Assembly (NCBI GenBank): GCA_022769325.1
Contig: JALEKC010000154.1
Location: 1-61,498 of the forward strand
Length of the DNA: 61,498 bases
Direction: 5' to 3'
Source of the DNA: Eubacterium sp.
GTDB taxonomy: Bacteria; Bacillota; Clostridia; Lachnospirales; Lachnospiraceae
Notes under the pieces: generated by a model
The model's database searches: none
What the model was told of the DNA's origin: nothing
What the model saw: only the letters and a program-made list of their open reading frames with translations
Shown: positions 20,447-30,090 of the stretch, in pieces
Layout: each line of letters opens with the position of its first letter
Position numbering within the stretch: the stretch's first letter is position 1
Program-made: the position numbers and the translations under genes

Positions 20447-20462
20447 ATATCCATGCTATACT
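20433..20462 (+). promoter_or_regulatory. Putative sigmaA promoter for comM-dprA
   Basis: TGGACA-18 nt-TATACT with extended TG. Confidence 0.4.
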
Positions 20463-20506
20463 TGGAATAGGCAATTTCTCCTTTTGGAAGAAAAGGAGAA
20501 TCGATT

Positions 20507-22063
20507 ATGTATAGTAAAGTGTATAGTGCCGGTCTTGTGGGACTTGAGGCACAAAAAATTTTAGTTGAGGCAGATGTTTCCAATGGTCTTCCTACCTTTC
20601 AGATGGTAGGACTTTTGGCATCTGCTGTCAAAGAAGCCAGAGAAAGAGTTCGTATCTCTTTACAAAATTCGGGAGTGGTATTTCCACCAAAGCGGATTAC
20701 GGTCAATCTTTCTCCGGCAGATCTTCGAAAAGATGGCGCAGGCTTTGATTTGCCAATTGCCATTTCGCTTGTTGCCGCATTCGGCATGATTCCAATTTGT
20801 GATACAGAAAAGATGGCATTTGTGGGGGAGCTTTCCCTGGATGGAAGAGTGCATGGGATTCACGGGGCACTTTCCATGGCATTTGTGGCCAAAGAGTCCG
20901 GTTTTACTTCTATTATGCTGCCGGCTGCCAATGCAGCAGAAGCTTCTTTTGTGGAGGGCATTGATATTATCGGAGTACATACTCTTCGGGAAGCAATCGC
21001 TTTTTTGCGTGGAGAGACTACCATTTTGCCGGCAAAAACAATGGAGGATGAAGAAATACAAAAGGAACGGACTCCGGAAGTGGATTTTGCGGATATTGTA
21101 GGGCAGGAAATTGCAAAAAGAGCAGCCGTTATTGCGGTGGCAGGTTCCCACAATCTTTTGCTTGTAGGAGCACCGGGAACCGGAAAGACACTTTTAGCAA
21201 AGGCTGTTTCGGAAATTATGCCCCCCTTGACCCGGGAAGAGATGATGGAATTAACGAAAATATATAGTGTGGCCGGATTGTTGGATGAAACCCATCCCAT
21301 AGTTACCAAACGCCCCTTTCGTGCACCACATCATTCCGTTTCCCCGGCTGCTTTTGCCGGAGGAGGCAGTAAAATCGTTCCCGGTGAGATTACCTTATCC
21401 CAAAATGGAATTCTATTTTTGGATGAACTTCCTGAATTTTCCAGAACCACATTGGAGATTTTGCGTCAGCCCATGGAAGAAGGAAAGATACATTTGTCAA
21501 GACTGGGCAACAGTTTCGACTATCCGGCCAAGATGATGGTTATCGGCGCCATGAACCCCTGTCGATGTGGTTTTTATCCGGATTTGCAAAAATGCAGATG
21601 TACTCCCATGCAGGTGCAGAATTATCTGGCTCGCTTGAGTGAACCTTTACTGGATCGCATGGATTTGTGTGTGGAGATGGAAAAAAAACCATTTTTTCCG
21701 GGAACAGAGAAAAGGGAAAAAACCAGCGGAAATAGCAAAGAAATTCGGGAACAAATCCTTAAGACGAGAAAAATACAAAAAGAGCGTTATAAGAATGAGC
21801 CCATTCGATATAATAGTGAATTAGAAGGAAAAAGATTAGAAAAATATTGTTGTTTGGGTAAAAATGAAAAAGAATTATGGAAAGAGCTTTGCCAGCAAAT
21901 GGAATTGTCCCTGAGAGGAGCCAAACGTTTGCTTCGTGTGGCAAGGACTTTGGCGGATATGGAAGAAAAAGATGAAATTGGGGAAGAAAATCTTTTGGAA
22001 GCATCTCTTTATAAAGGCATCAATCGAAAATACTGGTCTGCTTTGCCGGAAGGAACCAAATAA
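20507..22063 (+). CDS. comM: YifB/ComM family Mg-chelatase-like AAA+ ATPase
   Basis: RITVNLSPADLRK, GAPGTGKT, RPFRAPHHS, FLDELPEF and AMNPCRCG motifs. Confidence 0.92.
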   Translation: MYSKVYSAGLVGLEAQKILVEADVSNGLPTFQMVGLLASAVKEARERVRISLQNSGVVFPPKRITVNLSPADLRKDGAGFDLPIAISLVAAFGMIPICDTEKMAFVGELSLDGRVHGIHGALSMAFVAKESGFTSIMLPAANAAEASFVEGIDIIGVHTLREAIAFLRGETTILPAKTMEDEEIQKERTPEVDFADIVGQEIAKRAAVIAVAGSHNLLLVGAPGTGKTLLAKAVSEIMPPLTREEMMELTKIYSVAGLLDETHPIVTKRPFRAPHHSVSPAAFAGGGSKIVPGEITLSQNGILFLDELPEFSRTTLEILRQPMEEGKIHLSRLGNSFDYPAKMMVIGAMNPCRCGFYPDLQKCRCTPMQVQNYLARLSEPLLDRMDLCVEMEKKPFFPGTEKREKTSGNSKEIREQILKTRKIQKERYKNEPIRYNSELEGKRLEKYCCLGKNEKELWKELCQQMELSLRGAKRLLRVARTLADMEEKDEIGEENLLEASLYKGINRKYWSALPEGTK

Positions 22064-22073
22064 GGAGGAGAAT

Positions 22074-23168
22074 ATGACACAGGAACAATATGGAATGTGG
22101 CTTTGCAGTATCGAAGGGATTGGAAGTCATACCATACAAAAACTTATAGAAGCAGTAGGAACACCGGAAAAAGTGTATGAAAAAACATTGGAAGAATTGG
22201 AAAGGATACCCGGGATCGGGGAGAAAGAGGCGAAATTATTGATTCAGAGTAAGAGACATTTTCGATACCGCTCTATGAAAGAACAGGTAAAAGCCCATGA
22301 GATGGAAGTGGTTTCTTATTTTTCCAGGGATTATCCGGAAAAATGTCGGCAGATTTCGGATTTTCCCAAAAGATTATATTTTAAAGGAAAGTTGCCGGAG
22401 GAAGATCTACAAATTGCCATTGTGGGGGCAAGAAACTGTTCACATTATGGCCGGGAGATGGCAAGAAAATTTGCTTATGAGCTGGCGAGAGAAAATGTGG
22501 GAATTGTCAGTGGCATGGCACGTGGAATTGATGGATGGGCCCATCAGGGAGCCCTGGAAGCCGGAGGAAATACCTATGCCGTTTTGGGAAATAGTGCGGA
22601 AATCTGTTATCCAAAGGAACATGAGAAACTGTATCGAAGTATTTTGAAACGAGGGGGTGTATTGGCCGAATATCCTCCGGAAACACCGGCTATGCCCGCA
22701 TTTTTTCCGATGCGAAATCGAATCATAAGTGCTTTGTCTGACGGTGTCTTAATCGTGGAAGCAAGAGCCAAGAGTGGTTCTCTGATTACAGCAGACCAGG
22801 CTTTGGAGCAGGGAAAAGACATTTTTGTCATTCCCGGACGAATTGGAGATTCCCTAAGTGAAGGATGCAATCACTTAATTCAGCAGGGGGCGTTATTGGT
22901 GACAAAACCAGCGGATATACTGGATTTTTATGAGACCAATGGCTTACTTTTGCGAAGAAAAAACAGGAAAAAATTGAGTAAAATAAAAGTTTCCCTTGAA
23001 AGTCATGAAAAAATGGTGTATGCTAATTTAAGTCTTGAGCCGAAAGAAATCAATCAAATTGCAAAGGAAACCTCATTATCTATTGCACCATTGATGAAAA
23101 CTCTTTTTTCCATGCAAAGGAAAGGCTTGATAGAAGAAGTTGGAAAAAATAATTATATAAAATTATGA
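22074..23168 (+). CDS. dprA: DNA-processing protein DprA
   Basis: IAIVGAR, VSGMARGID, FPMRNRIIS and SGSLITA motifs; ATG 22074 after AAGGAGG. Confidence 0.96.
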   Translation: MTQEQYGMWLCSIEGIGSHTIQKLIEAVGTPEKVYEKTLEELERIPGIGEKEAKLLIQSKRHFRYRSMKEQVKAHEMEVVSYFSRDYPEKCRQISDFPKRLYFKGKLPEEDLQIAIVGARNCSHYGREMARKFAYELARENVGIVSGMARGIDGWAHQGALEAGGNTYAVLGNSAEICYPKEHEKLYRSILKRGGVLAEYPPETPAMPAFFPMRNRIISALSDGVLIVEARAKSGSLITADQALEQGKDIFVIPGRIGDSLSEGCNHLIQQGALLVTKPADILDFYETNGLLLRRKNRKKLSKIKVSLESHEKMVYANLSLEPKEINQIAKETSLSIAPLMKTLFSMQRKGLIEEVGKNNYIKL

Positions 23169-23186
23169 CACAAGGGGGTAGTTTTT

Positions 23187-25259
23187 ATGGCGAAAAACTT
23201 AATCATCGTGGAGTCACCGGCAAAATCCAAAACCATAAAAAAATTTTTGGGAAGTAATTACACGGTAGTTGCTTCCAATGGTCACGTTCGTGATTTACCG
23301 AAAAGTCAGATGGGAATCGATTTTGAAAATGACTTTGAGCCAAAGTATATCACAATACGGGGAAAAGGAGAATTGCTTGCTTCTTTGCGAAAAGAAGTGA
23401 AAAAAGCAGATAAGATCTATCTTGCAACAGACCCCGATCGTGAGGGAGAAGCTATTTCCTGGCATTTGTTTTTCGCTTTAAAATTGGATCCTAAGAAAAC
23501 AAAACGTATTACCTTTAATGAGATAACAAAAAATGCCATTCGACAGGCAATCAAAGAATCCAGAGAAATTGATATGGATTTGGTGGATGCTCAGCAGGCA
23601 CGACGGGTTCTGGATCGTATCGTGGGTTATTCCATCAGTCCCCTTCTCTGGCAGAAAGTAAAACGTGGGTTAAGTGCCGGTCGTGTACAATCCGTTGCCC
23701 TTCGTATTATCGCAGATCGTGAAGCTCAGATTGACGCTTTTATTCCACGGGAGTATTGGAGTCTGGAAGCAGAATTTTCAATTCAAGGGTCGAAAAAACC
23801 TCTTGTGGCAAAATATTATGGAAACCCCAAAAAACAGGAAAATATTTCCAAGGAAGAACTGGATGCTATCTGCAAAGAATTGAAGGGAAGTTCTTTTCAG
23901 GTTTCCGAGATAAAAAAAGGGGAGCGCACCAAGAAACCGCCGTTGCCATTTACTACCAGTACCTTGCAGCAGGAATGTGCAAAACATTTGAATTTTGCAA
24001 CATCAAAGACCATGCGTATCGCACAGCAGCTTTATGAAGGAGTGGCTGTAAAAGGCAGGGGAACCATCGGCTTGATAACCTATCTTCGTACGGATTCTAC
24101 GCGTATTTCCCAGGAGGCAGATGCGGAATGTAAAGAATTTATCCGTGAGACCTATGGCGAAGAAAATGTGATGGAAAATACGGTGCAAAAGAAAGAAACT
24201 AAGAAAATCCAGGATGCCCATGAGGCAATTCGTCCAACTTATGTGGACTTAACACCGGCTATGGTAAAAGACTCCTTATCCAGAGATCAGTTTCGTCTGT
24301 ATCAATTGATTTGGAAACGATTTGTGGCAAGTCGCATGAATGGGGCAAAATATGAAACTACCTCCGTTAAAATCGATGCGGGAAAATATCGTTTTACCAG
24401 TTCCGGTTCAAAGATTGTATTTCCGGGATTTCTTTCCGTATATCAAAACGAAGAAGACAAAGCAGAAAATAATGCCGTTTTGTCCAAGGTATCCAAGGGA
24501 GATGTCCTTGAAGTGTCAGATTTGAAAAAGGAACAGCATTTTACCCAGCCACCGGCTCACTATACGGAAGCTTCTCTGGTAAAAGAATTGGAAGATTTGG
24601 GTATTGGAAGACCAAGTACGTATGCCCCTACGATTTCCACTTTGATTTCCAGAAGATATCTGGCAAAGGAAAATAAAAATCTGTATCTTTCGGATTTGGG
24701 GGATATTGTAAATAAAATCATGGTAAGTGCTTTCCCAAGTATCGTGGATGTAAATTTTACGGCCACTATGGAGACATTGCTGGACGGTGTGGCAGAAGGA
24801 ACGGTAGAGTGGAAAAGCATCATCCGGAATTTTTATCCGGATTTGAAAGAGGCAGTGGAGCATGCGGAGCAGGCTCTTGAAAAAATTGAGATTGAAGACG
24901 AAGTGACAGACACGCTATGTGAAAATTGTGGAAGAAATATGGTGATTAAGTATGGCCCCCACGGAAAATTTTTGGCATGCCCGGGATTTCCAGAATGTCG
25001 CAATACAAAGCCATACTTTGAAAAAATTGGGGTAAAATGTCCAAAATGCGGTGGGGAAATTGTGATTAAGAAGACGCAGAAGGGACGCCGTTATTATGGA
25101 TGTGAAAATTATCCGGAATGTGAAGTGATGACTTGGCAGAAACCATCTAAAGAAATCTGTCCAAAATGTGGCAGCATGTTGCTGGAAAAAGGAAATAAGT
25201 TGGTTTGTGCAGATTCTTCCTGTGGAACTATCATGGAAAAACAAAAGGATAAGGCTTGA
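23187..25259 (+). CDS. topA: DNA topoisomerase I
   Basis: IVESPAK, ATDPDREGEAI, SAGRVQS and LITYLRTDS motifs; C-terminal zinc ribbons. Confidence 0.98.
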   Translation: MAKNLIIVESPAKSKTIKKFLGSNYTVVASNGHVRDLPKSQMGIDFENDFEPKYITIRGKGELLASLRKEVKKADKIYLATDPDREGEAISWHLFFALKLDPKKTKRITFNEITKNAIRQAIKESREIDMDLVDAQQARRVLDRIVGYSISPLLWQKVKRGLSAGRVQSVALRIIADREAQIDAFIPREYWSLEAEFSIQGSKKPLVAKYYGNPKKQENISKEELDAICKELKGSSFQVSEIKKGERTKKPPLPFTTSTLQQECAKHLNFATSKTMRIAQQLYEGVAVKGRGTIGLITYLRTDSTRISQEADAECKEFIRETYGEENVMENTVQKKETKKIQDAHEAIRPTYVDLTPAMVKDSLSRDQFRLYQLIWKRFVASRMNGAKYETTSVKIDAGKYRFTSSGSKIVFPGFLSVYQNEEDKAENNAVLSKVSKGDVLEVSDLKKEQHFTQPPAHYTEASLVKELEDLGIGRPSTYAPTISTLISRRYLAKENKNLYLSDLGDIVNKIMVSAFPSIVDVNFTATMETLLDGVAEGTVEWKSIIRNFYPDLKEAVEHAEQALEKIEIEDEVTDTLCENCGRNMVIKYGPHGKFLACPGFPECRNTKPYFEKIGVKCPKCGGEIVIKKTQKGRRYYGCENYPECEVMTWQKPSKEICPKCGSMLLEKGNKLVCADSSCGTIMEKQKDKA

Positions 25260-25284
25260 ATTATTTCCAAATTTGTGATAAGAT
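25256..25284 (+). promoter_or_regulatory. Putative sigmaA promoter for codY
   Basis: TTGAAT-17 nt-TAAGAT with TGTG extended -10. Confidence 0.6.
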
Positions 25285-25305
25285 GAGTAAAAGTGATTGT
25301 GAGGC

Positions 25306-26091
25306 ATGAAGATGAGTGTAGAACTTTTAGACAAGACACGTAAAATGAATCGGTTACTAAGGGATAATCGTGTGTCAAAAGTGGCATTTACGGATTTGTG
25401 CCAATTACTTGGCGAATTATTAGAATCCAGTGTATATGTGATTAGTAACAAAGGAAAGATTCTGGGGATTCATCGCAGGAAAGATGATATTTCCTGTTCC
25501 ATGGTTCCGACTTCGGAGGGCGAATGGCTGGAACCGGAGATGGCAAAGCGTTTTTTGGAAGTTTTATCCACAAATGAAAATGTGAATTTGGAATTTATGG
25601 GATTTCCCAAGGAAGAAACGAAGGAAATTCAAGCGATGATTGCACCAGTATACATAGCGGGAAAGAGACTTGGAACGCTGTTCTTAGCTCGCCATGAAAA
25701 ATGCTATGGCATTGAAGACATTATTCTCACGGAGTACAGTACGACCATTGTTGGTCTGGAGATGATGCGAGCTGTTTCAGAAGAAGATGATTTTGCCAGT
25801 CGGAAGCAGCAGGAAATTGAATCAATTTTACATATATTATCGCCTTTAGAGAGAAATGCCGTGGAGCAGGTGATTCGACGGATTGAGCAGGGAGAGGGGA
25901 CGATTGTTACCTCAAGACTTGCAAAGGAAGTTGGGATTACACGGACGGTTATTGTAAATGCATTGAAGAAAGTGGAAAGTGCAGGCTTGATTCAAACCAA
26001 ATCTTATGGTGTGAAAGGAACACATATTAAGATTAAAAATGAACGAATATATACTGATTTCGTGACACAAAAAATGGAAATGGATTTCTGA
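25306..26091 (+). CDS. codY: Pleiotropic repressor CodY (divergent HTH)
   Basis: LLDKTRKMN, GKRLGTLFL, EYSTTIVGLE and VGITRTVIVNAL motifs; canonical topA-codY-flgB position. Confidence 0.92.
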   Translation: MKMSVELLDKTRKMNRLLRDNRVSKVAFTDLCQLLGELLESSVYVISNKGKILGIHRRKDDISCSMVPTSEGEWLEPEMAKRFLEVLSTNENVNLEFMGFPKEETKEIQAMIAPVYIAGKRLGTLFLARHEKCYGIEDIILTEYSTTIVGLEMMRAVSEEDDFASRKQQEIESILHILSPLERNAVEQVIRRIEQGEGTIVTSRLAKEVGITRTVIVNALKKVESAGLIQTKSYGVKGTHIKIKNERIYTDFVTQKMEMDF

Positions 26092-26092
26092 T

Positions 26093-26138
26093 AACGCAAA
26101 TGGAATTGTGGTCTTTTCGTGATTCCCTTTGCGTTTTT
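26093..26138 (+). terminator. Terminator-like hairpin between codY and flgB
   Basis: AACGCAAA-T-GGAATTGTGG / TCGTGATTCC-C-TTTGCGTT stem followed by a T run. Confidence 0.55.
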
Positions 26139-26163
26139 ATGCGAAAATGACAGATAAGGAGGT

Positions 26164-26559
26164 ATGAAGATGGTTTTATCAAATGCGTATAATTATATCA
26201 ATGTTCTTGGAAAAGCGGCGGATGCCAGTTGGACAAGAAATGACATTTTGGCCAACAACATAGCAAATGCAGATACTCCCGGATTTAAAAGAAAAGATGT
26301 TCAGTTTGAGACCTATCTTGCCAATGCTGTGGCAGGGACAGACAGTCTGGACGAAACCATAGACAATATCGATTTAAATGAATTGAATTGTACGACTTAT
26401 ACGGACCAGTCAAATTTGAGTTATCGTTATGATGGAAACAATGTGGATATCAATACCGAGAATGTGGAATTAGCAAAAAACCAATTAAAATACTATACCC
26501 TTATGAATTCGATGACTCAGGAGTTTTCAAGATTGAAGACGGCACTTCGTACCTCATGA
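26164..26559 (+). CDS. flgB: Flagellar basal-body rod protein FlgB
   Basis: LANNIANADTPGFKRKD and DGNNVD motifs. Confidence 0.96.
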   Translation: MKMVLSNAYNYINVLGKAADASWTRNDILANNIANADTPGFKRKDVQFETYLANAVAGTDSLDETIDNIDLNELNCTTYTDQSNLSYRYDGNNVDINTENVELAKNQLKYYTLMNSMTQEFSRLKTALRTS

Positions 26560-26601
26560 TGATGGATGCAGAGTGAGTGTGAAAAAGAAAGGATGAACCA
26601 T

Positions 26602-27042
26602 ATGTCAGTATTTGGAGCAATGGATGTAAGTGCGTCTGGTATGACCGCACAGCAACTTCGAACCGATATTATTTCACAAAATATTGCAAATGTAAATACA
26701 ACCCGTGACGGAAATGGAAAGGTATACAAGCGAAAGACCGTTGTTTTTGAAGAAAAAAGCTATCCGACTTTTAATGAATCGCTTCAATATGCCACCGGTC
26801 ATATAGGAAAAGGTGTGAAGGTCACAAAGATTGTGGAGGACCCTTCGGAGGGAAATAAAGTATACGACCCCTCTCATCCCGATGCGGATGAAGACGGATA
26901 TGTGACATATCCCAATGTAAATACGGTGACAGAAATGACCAACATGATTGATGCCACCCGTGCCTATGAGGCAAATGTTACGGTGCTAAATTCTACCAAA
27001 GGGATGGCATTGAAGGCATTGGATATAGGAAATAATAGTTAA
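26602..27042 (+). CDS. flgC: Flagellar basal-body rod protein FlgC
   Basis: ISQNIANVNTTR, YDPSHPDAD and RAYEAN motifs. Confidence 0.96.
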   Translation: MSVFGAMDVSASGMTAQQLRTDIISQNIANVNTTRDGNGKVYKRKTVVFEEKSYPTFNESLQYATGHIGKGVKVTKIVEDPSEGNKVYDPSHPDADEDGYVTYPNVNTVTEMTNMIDATRAYEANVTVLNSTKGMALKALDIGNNS

Positions 27043-27079
27043 TGAAATGATTTGAAAAGAAACTAAAGGAGAAAAAGGA

Positions 27080-27397
27080 ATGGACATTACAAATATTTCA
27101 GCAATTCAATCATTGACCGATGTGAGCCGTTATGGCAGCACTACAAAAGTGGCACAGGAGGGCGAGGAAAACCAATTTGATACTCTTTTGTCATCGGCAA
27201 TGAATATGATAGGCGAAACCAACCAATTGTCAAATGAAGCAGAGGCAGAAGAGATTCGTTATGCCACCGGACAGTCGGATAATATGCATGATTTGATGGT
27301 TGCCCAGCAAAAAGCAAATGTTTCTTTGCAATATACCGTTGCAGTGAAAAATACGGCATTGGAAGCATATCGTTCGTTGATGAATATGCAAATGTAA
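27080..27397 (+). CDS. fliE: Hook-basal body protein FliE
   Basis: HDLMVAQQKA...AYRSLMNMQM; position after flgC. Confidence 0.94.
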   Translation: MDITNISAIQSLTDVSRYGSTTKVAQEGEENQFDTLLSSAMNMIGETNQLSNEAEAEEIRYATGQSDNMHDLMVAQQKANVSLQYTVAVKNTALEAYRSLMNMQM

Positions 27398-27433
27398 TAG
27401 ACAGACACTTATGAGGTTAGGAGAGTAAATCGC

Positions 27434-29062
27434 ATGATGGACCAATTAATTGCCATAAAAGATAAATTGCTGGCTTTTTGGAATAAATATACGACGAAAC
27501 AGAAGACAGTTATTATATGTGTTGCCTTGGCAGTCTTTTTTGCTGTTGTAGTATTGTCTTATGTTTTGACCAGACCGGTATATACCCATCTGGCTTCCTT
27601 TTCAGATGCAAGTTTGGCAAGCACCTTATCAGAATCTTTGGATGGCGAGGGAATTACTTATAAAATGGAGACGGATCCCGGAACCGGGATTACTACTTTT
27701 GATGTGGAACAAAGTAAGTATTCCGATGCTGTTTTGGTGATGGGCGCCAATGGGATTGTGGACAAGGAAATGAGTTGGGATGATGCCTTGAAAAGCGATA
27801 TGACCACATCTTCTCTTGAAAAACAGACGAAGATTACCTTGGCATTACAGTCCTCTATCAAAGAGAATTTGTTGAAATTTGATGGTGTGGAAGATGCCAC
27901 CGTTATTATCAATCGTCAGGAGGATGACAAGAAGTTTATATCGGCCACCAAAGAAACATCCGTAAGTGTCTCTTTGAAATTGGCAGATGGGAAAGAATTG
28001 CCCACAGAGACCGCGACGGCTATGGCGTATTATCTGACCAATGCCGTGGGAAATAAAACCACAGATAATATCGTAATTGTGGATACCAAAGGAAACCTCC
28101 TTTATGGAGCAAAGACAGATAATACGTTGGGAGGAACCATATCCGGAGCAGAGGATTATAAAGCAAAATTGCAGCAGACCTTCTCCGAGAGAACGGAAAA
28201 GATGCTTTTGAAAGCCGGATATGATGATGCAGATTGCAGCAAGACCAATATTAAGTTTAATATGGATAAGGTGACAGAACTTGTCACTACCTATTCGGTT
28301 GCCGAAGGACAGGATCAGGGATACTATTCCAGTTCTTATGAATATTCTTCTACCGGACAGTCTGGAAGCGGTGGTCCACCGGGAACTGATTCCAATAGTG
28401 AAGAAACCGATTATATGATTCAGGATGGTGGTAGTTCAAATACGCAAACGGTTTTAAATAAATATAACTATCTTCCCAATGAAGATGTAAAAAATATTGA
28501 ACATGAGGTTGGGGCAGTGGTTCCGGAAGAATCTTCCATGGGCGTTGTCCTGACAAAATATAGAAAGATATCCGAAGAATCTTTAGAAAGAGATGGTGCT
28601 TTGGACAATATTTCTTTTGAAGAATATGCAGAGCAAAATAGTGCACCTACTACGTTGGAAGTACCGGATGAGATTAAGCAGTTGATTGCAGCAGCAACCG
28701 GTATTGCTGAAAATAATATCACGATTATTGCACAGGAACAGCCTGTTTTTGAGGCGGCAGAAGATACTGGTTTTGCTGGAGGCCTTACCAATTATCTGAT
28801 GATTATTTTGGCAGTTCTAATTGGAGCACTTTTGATTTTCGTTATTATCCGAGGCACGTCACCAGTTGAAGTGACAGAGACGGAACCGGAACTTTCCGTG
28901 GAAGATTTGCTTGCTACGACGAAGGAAGAGGAGGAAAATCTGGAAGAAATCGAGTTGAGTGAAAAATCAGAAACCCGAAAGATGATTGAAAAATTTGTGG
29001 ATGAAAATCCGGAAGCCGTTGCCATGTTGCTGCGTAATTGGATTAATGAAGATTGGGGATAA
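27434..29062 (+). CDS. fliF: Flagellar M-ring protein FliF
   Basis: Two TM segments, GGPPGTDSN, C-terminal NPEAVAMLLRNWINED. Confidence 0.92.
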   Translation: MMDQLIAIKDKLLAFWNKYTTKQKTVIICVALAVFFAVVVLSYVLTRPVYTHLASFSDASLASTLSESLDGEGITYKMETDPGTGITTFDVEQSKYSDAVLVMGANGIVDKEMSWDDALKSDMTTSSLEKQTKITLALQSSIKENLLKFDGVEDATVIINRQEDDKKFISATKETSVSVSLKLADGKELPTETATAMAYYLTNAVGNKTTDNIVIVDTKGNLLYGAKTDNTLGGTISGAEDYKAKLQQTFSERTEKMLLKAGYDDADCSKTNIKFNMDKVTELVTTYSVAEGQDQGYYSSSYEYSSTGQSGSGGPPGTDSNSEETDYMIQDGGSSNTQTVLNKYNYLPNEDVKNIEHEVGAVVPEESSMGVVLTKYRKISEESLERDGALDNISFEEYAEQNSAPTTLEVPDEIKQLIAAATGIAENNITIIAQEQPVFEAAEDTGFAGGLTNYLMIILAVLIGALLIFVIIRGTSPVEVTETEPELSVEDLLATTKEEEENLEEIELSEKSETRKMIEKFVDENPEAVAMLLRNWINEDWG

Positions 29063-29079
29063 GATTGGAGGTACGATTT

Positions 29080-30090
29080 ATGAGTTCAGTATCAGACTTG
29101 GATGGAATCCAAAAAGCTGCGATTTTGTTGATTACTCTTGGACCGGAAAAAGCAGCAGGTATTTTCAAACATTTGAAAGAAGATGAGATTGAACAGCTTA
29201 CATTGGAAATTGCCAATACAAGAAGTGTATCTCCTTCAGATAAAGAAGCTGTTTTGACAGAGTTTTATGAAGTGTGTCTGGCACAGCAGTATATTGCAGA
29301 AGGTGGAATTGGTTATGCCACCGATTTGCTTCAAAAAGCCCTCGGCGATGATAAAGCGAAAGAGATACTTGGCAAGTTGACCGCGTCTTTACAGGTTCGT
29401 CCTTTCGAATTCATACGAAAGACAGAGGCTTCGCAGCTGTTAAACTTTATTCAGGATGAACATCCACAGACAATTGCGATGATTTTATCCTATTTATCAC
29501 CTACCCAGGCGGCAGGTGTGATTAGTACACTTCCGCCGGATAAGCAGACGGATGTTGCCAAACGTATTGCATTGATGGATCGTACTTCGCCGGATGTCAT
29601 CAAAGAAGTGGAAAATATTTTGGAACAAAAATTGTCGTCCCTTGTCAATCAGGATTACACCATTGTGGGAGGTATCGATTCTATTGTAGAAGTATTGAAT
29701 ACAGTTGATCGTGGTACCGAAAAACACATTATGGAAAATTTGGAAATCGAGGAGCCGGAATTGGCCGACGAAATCCGAAAGAAAATGTTTGTATTCGAAG
29801 ATATTCTTATGCTGGATGACCGTTCTATTCAGCGAGTTCTCCGTGAGGTGGAAAATGGAGAGTTGGCTGTTGCGTTGAAAGGTGCCAATGAGGATGTTCA
29901 AAATGTTATCTTTAACAATATGTCCACCCGTCTTTCTGCTATGATCCGTGAAGATATGGAATATATGGGTCCGGTTCGTATGAAAGATGTGGAAGAAGCA
30001 CAGCAGAAAATTGTCAATATTATCCGCAAATTGGAAGATTCCGCTGAAATTGTAATATCAAGGGGCGGAGGTGACGAAATCGTTGTCTAA
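29080..30090 (+). CDS. fliG: Motor switch protein FliG
   Basis: QKAAILLITLG, EHPQTIA and MFVFED motifs; ATG 29080 after GGAGG. Confidence 0.97.
   Translation: MSSVSDLDGIQKAAILLITLGPEKAAGIFKHLKEDEIEQLTLEIANTRSVSPSDKEAVLTEFYEVCLAQQYIAEGGIGYATDLLQKALGDDKAKEILGKLTASLQVRPFEFIRKTEASQLLNFIQDEHPQTIAMILSYLSPTQAAGVISTLPPDKQTDVAKRIALMDRTSPDVIKEVENILEQKLSSLVNQDYTIVGGIDSIVEVLNTVDRGTEKHIMENLEIEEPELADEIRKKMFVFEDILMLDDRSIQRVLREVENGELAVALKGANEDVQNVIFNNMSTRLSAMIREDMEYMGPVRMKDVEEAQQKIVNIIRKLEDSAEIVISRGGGDEIVV

Noticed and set aside
20507-22063. comM as an integration hotspot for mobile elements
   Set aside because: The ORF is intact with no integrase, att repeats or inserted DNA.
25259-25273. AATTATTTCCAAATT as a CodY box in the codY promoter
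   Set aside because: Four mismatches to AATTTTCWGAAAATT in AT-rich DNA; not significant alone.
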